34,316 nucleotides of DNA, taken from positions 1 to 34,316 of IMG/VR virus record IMGVR_UViG_3300006754_000066; one strand, given 5' to 3'. A program made the translations under genes and the position numbers. How positions within the stretch are numbered: position 1 is the stretch's first letter; each line of letters starts with the position of its first letter. This DNA comes from a virus (taxonomy: Duplodnaviria > Caudoviricetes). The notes under the pieces are model-generated. The model did no database searches, was not told the DNA's origin, and was given only the letters and a program-made list of their open reading frames with translations. Shown one piece after another: positions 17,704 to 24,761 of the stretch.

Positions 17704-18060
17704 ATGTCTAATAGTAACACAAAATCAACTTCTGTCAACCTCAGTGTCGTGCAGAAGTTCAAAGATGAAAATAAAATCAACGATGAGACTCTTGTGGTGA
17801 TTAATACACTTACGATTGAAGACTTATTGGCAATAAAGCTAGAACTTTCAGCAAATAATATCAACAATAGACTTTATGGGCTTGACATTTGGAAGAAATC
17901 AGATTATATTATTAAAGATGCCATGCTGAAATTTGCTGTCTCGACTACTAAGTCTAAAAAGGATGCAGCAAGATTCTTGGGTGTAACATATTCAGAATTT
18001 AGTAATCTGTATAAGAGATATCAACTGGAGGATTTCTTTAATAATGTGGAAAGTATATAA
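17704..18060 (+). CDS. DNA-binding protein with a C-terminal Fis-type HTH
   Basis: AVSTTKSKKDAARFLGVTYSEFSNLYKRY resembles the Fis/NtrC HTH pattern (AL..t.gn...AA..LG). Confidence 0.65.
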   Translation: MSNSNTKSTSVNLSVVQKFKDENKINDETLVVINTLTIEDLLAIKLELSANNINNRLYGLDIWKKSDYIIKDAMLKFAVSTTKSKKDAARFLGVTYSEFSNLYKRYQLEDFFNNVESI

Positions 18061-18250
18061 ATGGAATGGTCATTATATTATGGGTGACTTAATTAGTAAA
18101 CATTCCTCAGAAGCGGCCGCCTTAAAAGCAGCCAAGAAATCAATTAAATTTTCTAGAACAGAAAAAGAAAAGAAAGGTAAAGAAACATTTATCTGGCTTG
18201 ATGGCCCCACCGGCGATCCGCTGGGTGTGATTGTCAAAAAATCTAAATAA
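18044..18250 (+). CDS. Small basic hypothetical protein
   Basis: 68 aa; GGAGG upstream; ends 4 nt before the tmRNA. Confidence 0.7.
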   Translation: MWKVYKWNGHYIMGDLISKHSSEAAALKAAKKSIKFSRTEKEKKGKETFIWLDGPTGDPLGVIVKKSK

Positions 18251-18254
18251 TTAA

Positions 18255-18594
18255 GGGGGCGAAATGGTCTCGACAGGGTAAGAAAGAAAAAGAGTGCAAG
18301 TAGTCTAACGTACCAGCAGACTTTAAAGGCAGATACAAAATATAATTGCTAATAACAATAACTATTTCGAACAGCGCTTAGCCGCTTAATAGGGAGGCGG
18401 ATCAGAGCCTTCTTTCCAATCTGGTCAAAACAACAGATAAGTTGCAAAAATCAAAACAATCTAATGCAACAGGACGGTAAGCGCTAGATTATAACCGTCT
18501 AACTTTTCAGTTTGTGATAAAAACTGAATAAACTTGTGAATGACTTCTATTGGACTTATTTTGGACGCGGGTTCGATTCCCGCCGCCTCCACCA
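18255..18594 (+). ncRNA. ssrA: tmRNA (one-piece), tag (A)ANNNNYFEQRLAA
   Basis: 5' GGGGGCGAAATGGTCTCGAC; 3' GACGCGGGTTCGATTCCCGCCGCCTCCACCA; acceptor stem GGGGGCG/CGCCTCC with G3.U70; tag ORF 18348-18389 ending LAA-TAA. Confidence 0.96.
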
Positions 18595-18621
18595 TTTAAA
18601 AATAAGTAATGTGTATATATC

Positions 18622-18852
18622 ATGGGCAATGAAGCAGAAATTATAGTAAAAGGAATTGTGAGAGTGATCACCGTTCTTAGTATTTCGATAATATTCGGAT
18701 CCTGGGTTGACGGGTGTAAAGTTAGTCCAGACATTATTATTGAGTGTCAAGAGGCTTGTGATAATATAACAACCACAATGGAATCGGTTACATCGCGTGA
18801 ATGCAAATGCACTAACAATAAAGAAGAAGAATCACCATGGCTATTGAATTAA
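18622..18852 (+). CDS. Small membrane-anchored Cys-rich protein
   Basis: N-terminal TM segment, then C..CQEAC..CKC. Confidence 0.65.
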   Translation: MGNEAEIIVKGIVRVITVLSISIIFGSWVDGCKVSPDIIIECQEACDNITTTMESVTSRECKCTNNKEEESPWLLN

Positions 18853-19397
18853 AAGAACTAGATTTTTCAAAAAAGGAAGATTTTGATTTATTCTCTATCC
18901 AAATTAAAAGACTAACAAAAGAAAATATTGAAGATGACGAAATATTGTTTGTTGCGAAAACGATGTTGGATATGTCTGGTGTTTGGATCAGTGATTCTAA
19001 TGGCACATCAAACGACTTGCTTCTTAAAAGACTAACCGGCCGTTTAGAGATTCTGGTTGATAATCATCTTTATTGCTGTATAATAGCCAAACACAATAAT
19101 GTGCCTATTGGCACAATGCAAGCAGCTTATGATAATATTTTAAAATATGTCTTTGTTAATGACGGTTTCATTCAACTCAATTATCGGCGCCAGAAAATAA
19201 GCAAATTAATGTTTGATGAAATTATTAAATATTCTTATACGTGCGGAGCCAAAAAGATAAGGTGGGAAGCACATTCAAAAGAGGCTCTCCAATGGTCGGA
19301 ATCCGACTCAATGGGTCATGGTAAGGCAATAGGCACTGTTTTAGAGATTAAATATCCCTTTGGGCAGATACCTGCAGCCGACCCGCCGGCGGAATAA
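18837..19397 (+). CDS. GNAT-family acetyltransferase
   Basis: PIGTM.., FIQLNYRRQKISKLMF (acetyl-CoA motif A variant), GAKKIRWE. Confidence 0.65.
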   Translation: MAIELKELDFSKKEDFDLFSIQIKRLTKENIEDDEILFVAKTMLDMSGVWISDSNGTSNDLLLKRLTGRLEILVDNHLYCCIIAKHNNVPIGTMQAAYDNILKYVFVNDGFIQLNYRRQKISKLMFDEIIKYSYTCGAKKIRWEAHSKEALQWSESDSMGHGKAIGTVLEIKYPFGQIPAADPPAE

Positions 19398-19417
19398 TCA
19401 CAACTGTGGAAGATAAA

Positions 19418-19699
19418 CTAATCAATTTCTGTTAGTCTAATATATTTACCAGATTTTTCATCAAAGATTAGATTTTGCTTAACAATAGAGTCCACAGCCA
19501 TCTCTCGAAAGATTCCAGTTTTTTTATGAGTCTCACTCATTTCTCGCATTCTAGCCTTCCGATATTCTATTCTGTTTTTGGCAAGTTGGTTGAAGCGATC
19601 GTTTCTTCTTTCTTGTTCTTTCTGAAAAATATAAAAATTATATCCAAAATAGGCTATAACGGCCAAAGAGACGCCCAATACAAACATTAGATATTCCAT
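19418..19699 (-). CDS. Single-pass membrane protein with a coiled-coil tail; the only convincing minus-strand gene
   Basis: Likely start MEYLMFVLGVSLAVIAYFGY after a GGAGG SD; fills a + strand gap. Confidence 0.7.
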   Translation of the reverse strand: MEYLMFVLGVSLAVIAYFGYNFYIFQKEQERRNDRFNQLAKNRIEYRKARMREMSETHKKTGIFREMAVDSIVKQNLIFDEKSGKYIRLTEID

Positions 19700-19810
19700 A
19701 GGGCACCCTCCAATATAAAATACATTCAAAATATATAGTATTTTTAAGACTTTGTTTCATAAATGTGCTATATTATTATAGGGGTGTTTATATAACTGGG
19801 ACTTTTTAAA

Positions 19811-20293
19811 ATGAAAATAAGCGTGGCCTTTTATAAAGGAAAAGGCGATTGGAAAAATAAAATTATAAGATGGTGGACAAAGAGTCCCTATAGTCATGCT
19901 GAACTGGTATTGCCTGATAAAAAAACCTGGATTTCAATAAGTCCTCTGCTTACTTCAAAAGTACAATCTAGATTTAAACCCAACTATTGTGAAGAAAAAT
20001 GGGATTTTGTTGAAATCGATATAACACAACAACAATTAAATGTCATAACCGAGTTTTACAATTTTACTAAAGGGTGTGGATATGACTGGATCGGCATGCT
20101 TTCTTCACAATTCTTACCTTATACAATAAAAAGAAAAGGAAAGTGGTATTGCAGTGAATGGATTGCATATGCGTTAAGAATAAGTTGTGTGGTTGATTGG
20201 AGACTAATTAAAATTTATGACAGAGCCGACTTATCACCGGCTGTTCTTTATAATATTATTAGAGATTCCGAAAGTGAAGTACAGAATAGATGA
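19811..20293 (+). CDS. Permuted papain-like amidase (YiiX/YaeF, NlpC/P60 superfamily)
   Basis: SPYSHAEL (His), GYDW, WYCSE (Cys after His), LSP. Confidence 0.82.
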   Translation: MKISVAFYKGKGDWKNKIIRWWTKSPYSHAELVLPDKKTWISISPLLTSKVQSRFKPNYCEEKWDFVEIDITQQQLNVITEFYNFTKGCGYDWIGMLSSQFLPYTIKRKGKWYCSEWIAYALRISCVVDWRLIKIYDRADLSPAVLYNIIRDSESEVQNR

Positions 20294-20483
20294 TTGGGTA
20301 ATTTATAAACCTTTTCCAAATGATCAAAGTAAATTTTTATCTGAAATCGAAAAAAGGTCATTAATTTTATGGGTCTTTCCAAAAGAGGACTTTTATGACT
20401 ACGAAATCATCATCGATGGCACCGGAAAAATAAAAAAAGTTCGTGAACATCAACTTTTTCCAATCCCAGACCCTACCTACTAA
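20274..20483 (+). CDS. Small SH3/KOW-like protein
   Basis: KYRIDDWVIY...YEIII..GKIKKVREHQL; start uncertain (track start 20217). Confidence 0.6.
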   Translation: MKYRIDDWVIYKPFPNDQSKFLSEIEKRSLILWVFPKEDFYDYEIIIDGTGKIKKVREHQLFPIPDPTY

Positions 20484-20488
20484 TAGGG

Positions 20489-21544
20489 ATGGCACACAAA
20501 TTATTAAAAGCGGCGTTTTTAATGATCGTTGCAACAGTAACTGGTTGCACGGGTGGAATCGACTATGTAGTCCATACAGATGGTACTGGCGAAACGGTTT
20601 ATATCACCGAGACAGTAGTTGAAGAAATAGAAATTCCCATTTATATTGAAGTAGAAGTACCCGGAGACACTGAATATGGTGAAATCTGGGTAGATTCTTT
20701 TGATCAACCTTTGAGTGTTGATGGTGTGGATATCCTCTGGATTATTGATACATCAGGTTCAATGAATCGTTATGACCCCGAATTGATGGCTGGTATCGAG
20801 GCTATGCTGGAAGCTCTTCCAGAGTCCGGATGGCGATTAGCTATGATGAGTAATGATCCAGCACAAGCTTCTATAGAAGCCCAGTTTCCTCTTGTGCCCG
20901 GTGATGATATCGCTGACGCAATGGATATGTATGCTGCTATGGGCCGCGGCCATCGAGAAGAGGGGTTCGACGCTGCATACGAATATATTGTGAATAATCC
21001 CTATGGCGCCACATGGCTAAGACCTGACGCTGCGCTGTTAGTGGTGTTTGTTTCAGATGAAGAAGAACAAAGTGATGATCACTTTCCAGATATTGCTGAT
21101 TTTAAATCATGGTATGCCTCATTACGCGGCGGCTCTGCTTTTTTAGCTAGCATTAATAATGTGGCTGCAACAGATTCTATTTGTGATATAACCCCCAGTT
21201 CGATTGATATCGGTGATAGATATATGGAAGCAACCAATCATTTTGGTGGGGTTGTCGTAGATATCTGCGCCGAAGATTGGGCACCCGGGGTACAAGATGC
21301 CTCCAGTCGATTAGAACCATATGAACAAATCGAACTTACATATGTAGTAAGTGATGAGGCTACAGTTAGGGTGTTTATAAATGGTGCTTTGAATTGGGAC
21401 TGGCACTATCAGGCTTCTGATAATACTGTATACTTTGATGTGATTCCTTCCGGCAACGACCATGTGGAGATTGCTTATCATTATGATCCGGACGATCCAT
21501 ATGGTACCGCCTCCGAAACAGATACTGGTGATACTGGATTTTAA
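20489..21544 (+). CDS. vWA-domain lipoprotein
   Basis: Lipobox-like VTGC; MIDAS motif DILWIIDTSGSM; LRPDAALLVVFVSDE; C-terminal DTGDTG. Confidence 0.85.
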   Translation: MAHKLLKAAFLMIVATVTGCTGGIDYVVHTDGTGETVYITETVVEEIEIPIYIEVEVPGDTEYGEIWVDSFDQPLSVDGVDILWIIDTSGSMNRYDPELMAGIEAMLEALPESGWRLAMMSNDPAQASIEAQFPLVPGDDIADAMDMYAAMGRGHREEGFDAAYEYIVNNPYGATWLRPDAALLVVFVSDEEEQSDDHFPDIADFKSWYASLRGGSAFLASINNVAATDSICDITPSSIDIGDRYMEATNHFGGVVVDICAEDWAPGVQDASSRLEPYEQIELTYVVSDEATVRVFINGALNWDWHYQASDNTVYFDVIPSGNDHVEIAYHYDPDDPYGTASETDTGDTGF

Positions 21545-21548
21545 ATTC

Positions 21549-21576
21549 TTGACATTCTCTATTGATGTGTTATAAT
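21549..21576 (+). promoter_or_regulatory. Sigma70-type promoter
   Basis: TTGACA-16 bp-TATAAT with extended -10 TG. Confidence 0.75.
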
Positions 21577-21602
21577 AAAGATTGTCTTATCAAGGAGTAC
21601 AC

Positions 21603-22097
21603 ATGACGATACATAAAGATATGTTTAAAAATAAAGCAGGAGATACCCCCACAGTAATGGTGTCTGGGGGTTTTGATCCGGTCCATGCTGGTCACATTAG
21701 AATGATTAGGCATGCCGCACAGTATGGAGACGTAGTTATAATAGCCAATTCTGATGATTGGCTTTTCCGAAAAAAGGGTTTCGTATTCATGGAATACGAG
21801 CGCCGAATCGAAATTTTAAATGCAATCAAAGGGGTTATCTTGGTTGATTCGGTAGATGATGCAGATGGTACTGTTTGTGAAGCTATCAGAAGATTGCAGC
21901 CCACATACTTTGCCAATGGAGGCGACCGCGGAAAGACAAATACACCCGAACAAGCGGTATGTGAAGAATTGGGAGTAAAATTATTATGGGGCATCGGCGG
22001 CGAAGAAAAATTGGATAGTTCTTCTAATCTAGCAAAAAAAGTAAGGGATTTTGATCTTCCACCTCTTCGAAGGTCTTCAAAGATTTCGGATAAGTGA
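21603..22097 (+). CDS. Cytidylyltransferase-like (HxGH) nucleotidyltransferase, TagD/RfaE-II-like
   Basis: SGGFDPVHAGH, NSD, RKKG, FANGGDR, SSS; AGGAG SD before ATG 21603. Confidence 0.9.
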   Translation: MTIHKDMFKNKAGDTPTVMVSGGFDPVHAGHIRMIRHAAQYGDVVIIANSDDWLFRKKGFVFMEYERRIEILNAIKGVILVDSVDDADGTVCEAIRRLQPTYFANGGDRGKTNTPEQAVCEELGVKLLWGIGGEEKLDSSSNLAKKVRDFDLPPLRRSSKISDK

Positions 22098-22639
22098 TAC
22101 TTGACGACTTTGTAGAAAGTAGTTATAGTATGGACACGAATATGAAAGCATTAAAGTTAGATGCCTCTTATAGACCTATTGAGGTTATTGATGCTATAGA
22201 AGCGCTTGTTATGTGTATAGTGGGGAAAGCAATCTCTGTCGAAAATTATGATAAAAGCATATCCTCCGCATACTTAACTTTTAAGGTCCCAGCAGTTATA
22301 GTACTAAAAACAATGGTAAAGTTTAGAATCAGCGGAGTAGCCTGCAATAGAACAAATGTTATTATTAGAGACAAAAACAGATGTCAATATTGTACTAAAA
22401 CCTTCCCAACAGAACAACTGACCGTCGACCACATAATACCGAAAAGTCGCGGTGGTAAAAATACATGGACTAATTTAGTGGCATCATGCAAAAAATGTAA
22501 CCAAAAAAAAGGTTGTAAGACACCATCTGAGGCGTGTATGTTTTTGTTAAACCAGCCAAAAAAACCAAAATCTAGTGTATTAAGAGTTTTGACAAAAAAC
22601 CAAATAAGTGAATTGTGGACCGACTATTTGTGGGAATAA
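22094..22639 (+). CDS. HNH endonuclease (McrA-like HNH_5 type); true start probably 22130 or 22142
   Basis: L.LDASY.P, RD..RCQYC, LTVDHIIPKSRGG, WTNLVASCKKCNQKKG. Confidence 0.93.
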   Translation: MILDDFVESSYSMDTNMKALKLDASYRPIEVIDAIEALVMCIVGKAISVENYDKSISSAYLTFKVPAVIVLKTMVKFRISGVACNRTNVIIRDKNRCQYCTKTFPTEQLTVDHIIPKSRGGKNTWTNLVASCKKCNQKKGCKTPSEACMFLLNQPKKPKSSVLRVLTKNQISELWTDYLWE

Positions 22640-22642
22640 AAT

Positions 22643-22882
22643 ATGATTTGTTATTTGTCAGAAGTGGGTCATAATAATTTTTATTACGCAACCAAAACAA
22701 AAGCTTTTATAGAACGAGGCGCCGTTTTAGAACACATACCGTGGGTCTCCGGAACTGACCATAATAAACTTCAAGCTGTTAAAGTTAAAAAAAGATTCAT
22801 AATTCCATTGACACTTGATACCAATTATGTTAATAATATAATGAACAGTGATGAATATATCATTGTGTGGATTAATAAATAA
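22643..22882 (+). CDS. Hypothetical protein
   Basis: 79 aa ORF in operon order. Confidence 0.55.
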   Translation: MICYLSEVGHNNFYYATKTKAFIERGAVLEHIPWVSGTDHNKLQAVKVKKRFIIPLTLDTNYVNNIMNSDEYIIVWINK

Positions 22883-22896
22883 ATAAAGGAGATTAA

Positions 22897-23373
22897 ATGT
22901 CCATCACACAAAAAATTAAAAACCTCAACCTTACCGATGACGCTTTGGTTACTCTTACATATAGAGAGGGCGCCGACGTGTTTGTCCATAATGAAACAGA
23001 AGTAGAAACAGCGCTTTCTGATACTGATGTAGTAAGCTCATTTGCTAATCTTATTGCAACCCCAGGTCTCAGAGTTTCAAGCCGCTGGTCTGGTGAAATT
23101 TTGGAATCTTTGCGAAGCGACGGCCATCTTGATGATTATGAACGAGGAAGCTTTGCTTTTGAAGATTATCTTACTGAGTATTTGACTGAAAATTTCTATG
23201 ATCAAGAATTCATTGAATATTCAACAGAAAAGTATGACCACAAACGAGGGTTCTGCACTTTGTCAACAGAGGTACAAGTTACAGTGAAGGATATGATCAC
23301 AGTATCTCCATTCTTGTCGGGTTGGACAGCCTCGGTAAGCACAGAAAATGGCACCTTGACATTTGATACATAG
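22897..23373 (+). CDS. Acidic hypothetical protein
   Basis: 158 aa, strong AAGGAGA SD. Confidence 0.8.
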   Translation: MSITQKIKNLNLTDDALVTLTYREGADVFVHNETEVETALSDTDVVSSFANLIATPGLRVSSRWSGEILESLRSDGHLDDYERGSFAFEDYLTEYLTENFYDQEFIEYSTEKYDHKRGFCTLSTEVQVTVKDMITVSPFLSGWTASVSTENGTLTFDT

Positions 23374-23374
23374 C

Positions 23375-23463
23375 GCTACTTGCTCGCTTTATAAGCAAGC
23401 GTGGCCGCCGATCGTTACGTAGGCGGAGGTTTTCCGGTTCCTTAGTTCATGACAAAAAACCGG
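23375..23463 (+). ncRNA. Candidate structured RNA directly upstream of a tRNA
   Basis: GC-rich intergenic segment with three pairings: GCTAC-TTGCT/AGCAA-GTGGC, CCGCC/GGCGG, CCGGTT/AACCGG. Confidence 0.4.
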
Positions 23464-23467
23464 CCCT

Positions 23468-23561
23468 TGGGGGGTGGCGAAATTGGCAGACGCACCCGAC
23501 TGTTTCTCGGGCGGTGAATCCGTGAAAACGCACCTTGGAGGTTCGAATCCTTCCCCTCCAG
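23468..23561 (+). tRNA. Atypical class II (long variable arm) tRNA with GTT anticodon (nominally Asn)
   Basis: Acceptor TGGGGGG/CCCTCCA, G73; D-arm GCG/CGC; anticodon stem CCCGA/TCGGG with loop CTGTTTC; 25 nt variable region; T-arm GGAGG-TTCGAAT-CCTTC; followed by CCT, not CCA. Confidence 0.85.
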
Positions 23562-23573
23562 CCTATCTATTAC

Positions 23574-23756
23574 ATGGAAGTGGGTGAATTATTATTTCAA
23601 GCTTTATTGTCTATGTTGTGTGGTGCTTTGGCTTATTTTTGGTTTTTAAAAGTCTTTATAATTCCAGCCGGCACCGGAGTGTTCAATATATCCGATAATT
23701 TAAACATAGATATATCAGTAGAACAAACACCTTTAATACCTTATAGGGAAGAATGA
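23574..23756 (+). CDS. Small membrane protein
   Basis: Start MEVGELL after the tRNA (track start 23535 lies inside the tRNA); one TM segment; ATGA overlap with tdk. Confidence 0.55.
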   Translation: MEVGELLFQALLSMLCGALAYFWFLKVFIIPAGTGVFNISDNLNIDISVEQTPLIPYREE

Positions 23757-24307
23757 ATCCAAAATTTATCATATTCACCGGACCCATGTTCGGTTCAAAA
23801 ACCACAAGATTGTTTGCTGCTCTTGATAGATATAAATATCAAAAACGGAACATAGTAGCTTTTAAACCCAAAATAGACGATAGGTATTCTACTGATTTTA
23901 TAACAACACACTCAGGCGCCTCCATGCCAGCCAGAATAGTCAAACACGGCGCCGACGTGATGCATTATATGAGGCATCATGATGAATATGACGTGATAGC
24001 AGTAGATGAGGCTTTTATGTTAAAGGGAATTTCTTGGGTACTTATTGACTTATTTAAAAGAGGGAAAACTATTGTTGTTTCTTCTCTAGACTTATCCGCG
24101 TCTGGAAAAGATTTCGAAGAAATCACGGCTATGTTTCCATGGGCAACACATATAGAGAAATGCCCGGCAGTTTGTACTGTTTGCGGTCAAGATGCCTACT
24201 ATACCCATAGAAAGGTAAAAGATTTAGAAGAAATTGCGGTGGGTGGTGCCGAGCTTTATGAACCTAGGTGTTGGTCTCATATAGATTTTTTAGAATCACC
24301 ACTTTAA
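23753..24307 (+). CDS. tdk: Thymidine kinase (type II, TK1-like)
   Basis: GPMFGSKTT P-loop, KP.IDDRY, VDEA, CPAVC..C, VGGAELYEPRC. Confidence 0.95.
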   Translation: MNPKFIIFTGPMFGSKTTRLFAALDRYKYQKRNIVAFKPKIDDRYSTDFITTHSGASMPARIVKHGADVMHYMRHHDEYDVIAVDEAFMLKGISWVLIDLFKRGKTIVVSSLDLSASGKDFEEITAMFPWATHIEKCPAVCTVCGQDAYYTHRKVKDLEEIAVGGAELYEPRCWSHIDFLESPL

Positions 24308-24394
24308 GCGAGATGACCGAGAGGCTTAAGGTACCGGTCTTGAAAACCGGCGTAGTGAAAGCTACCGTGGGTTCGAATCCCACTCTCGCTGCCA
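24307..24394 (+). tRNA. tRNA-Ser (anticodon TGA)
   Basis: Acceptor AGCGAGA/TCTCGCT, G73, encoded CCA; anticodon stem CCGGT/ACCGG with loop CTTGAAA; long variable arm GTAG-TGAAAG-CTAC. Confidence 0.95.
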
Positions 24395-24419
24395 GTTTAA
24401 ATAAATAAATGCGATACAA

Positions 24420-24704
24420 ATGTACAAAGTTAATGATATAGTATTAGTTAAGTCTGCAGCCGCCCCAGCCATACCTTCAGTTCATGTAAAACTATTAAAG
24501 AAGATAGTGGTTAAGCCAGACAAATATACCAAAGGATATATTGGCTGGGAAGCTAAATTAATATATGAAAAAGAAGTAAATATGCTCAGAAAAAAGTGGT
24601 CAATACCCTTCAAATACCCCGATGATGTTGAAACATTTGTTTATGAAAAAGATATTATAAAAAAAGCAAGAAGAAAGAAGAACCATCGAAAACGAACAGG
24701 TTAA
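24420..24704 (+). CDS. Basic SH3/KOW-like hypothetical protein
   Basis: MYKVNDIVLVK...GWEAKL...FVYEKDII. Confidence 0.7.
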   Translation: MYKVNDIVLVKSAAAPAIPSVHVKLLKKIVVKPDKYTKGYIGWEAKLIYEKEVNMLRKKWSIPFKYPDDVETFVYEKDIIKKARRKKNHRKRTG

Positions 24705-24761
24705 GATGTTATCATTTAAGAAACCGTACTATTTAAACATAGACAAAGCAAGTAGGAATAC

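Noticed and set aside
18507-18750. Minus-strand ORFs containing GGGGNRTRV / WRRRESNPRP
   Set aside because: These are the familiar translations of the reverse complement of a tRNA-like T-arm, here the tmRNA 3' end.
22094-22639. HNH gene as an intron-encoded or mobile homing endonuclease
   Set aside because: It interrupts no gene, no intron structure is evident, and it matches the free-standing McrA-like type.
23375-23463. HDV-like (theta) ribozyme, known riboswitch or intrinsic terminator
   Set aside because: I could not fit the HDV nested double pseudoknot or a riboswitch consensus, it is 5' rather than 3' of the tRNA, and no U-tract follows the last stem; kept only as an unclassified structured RNA.
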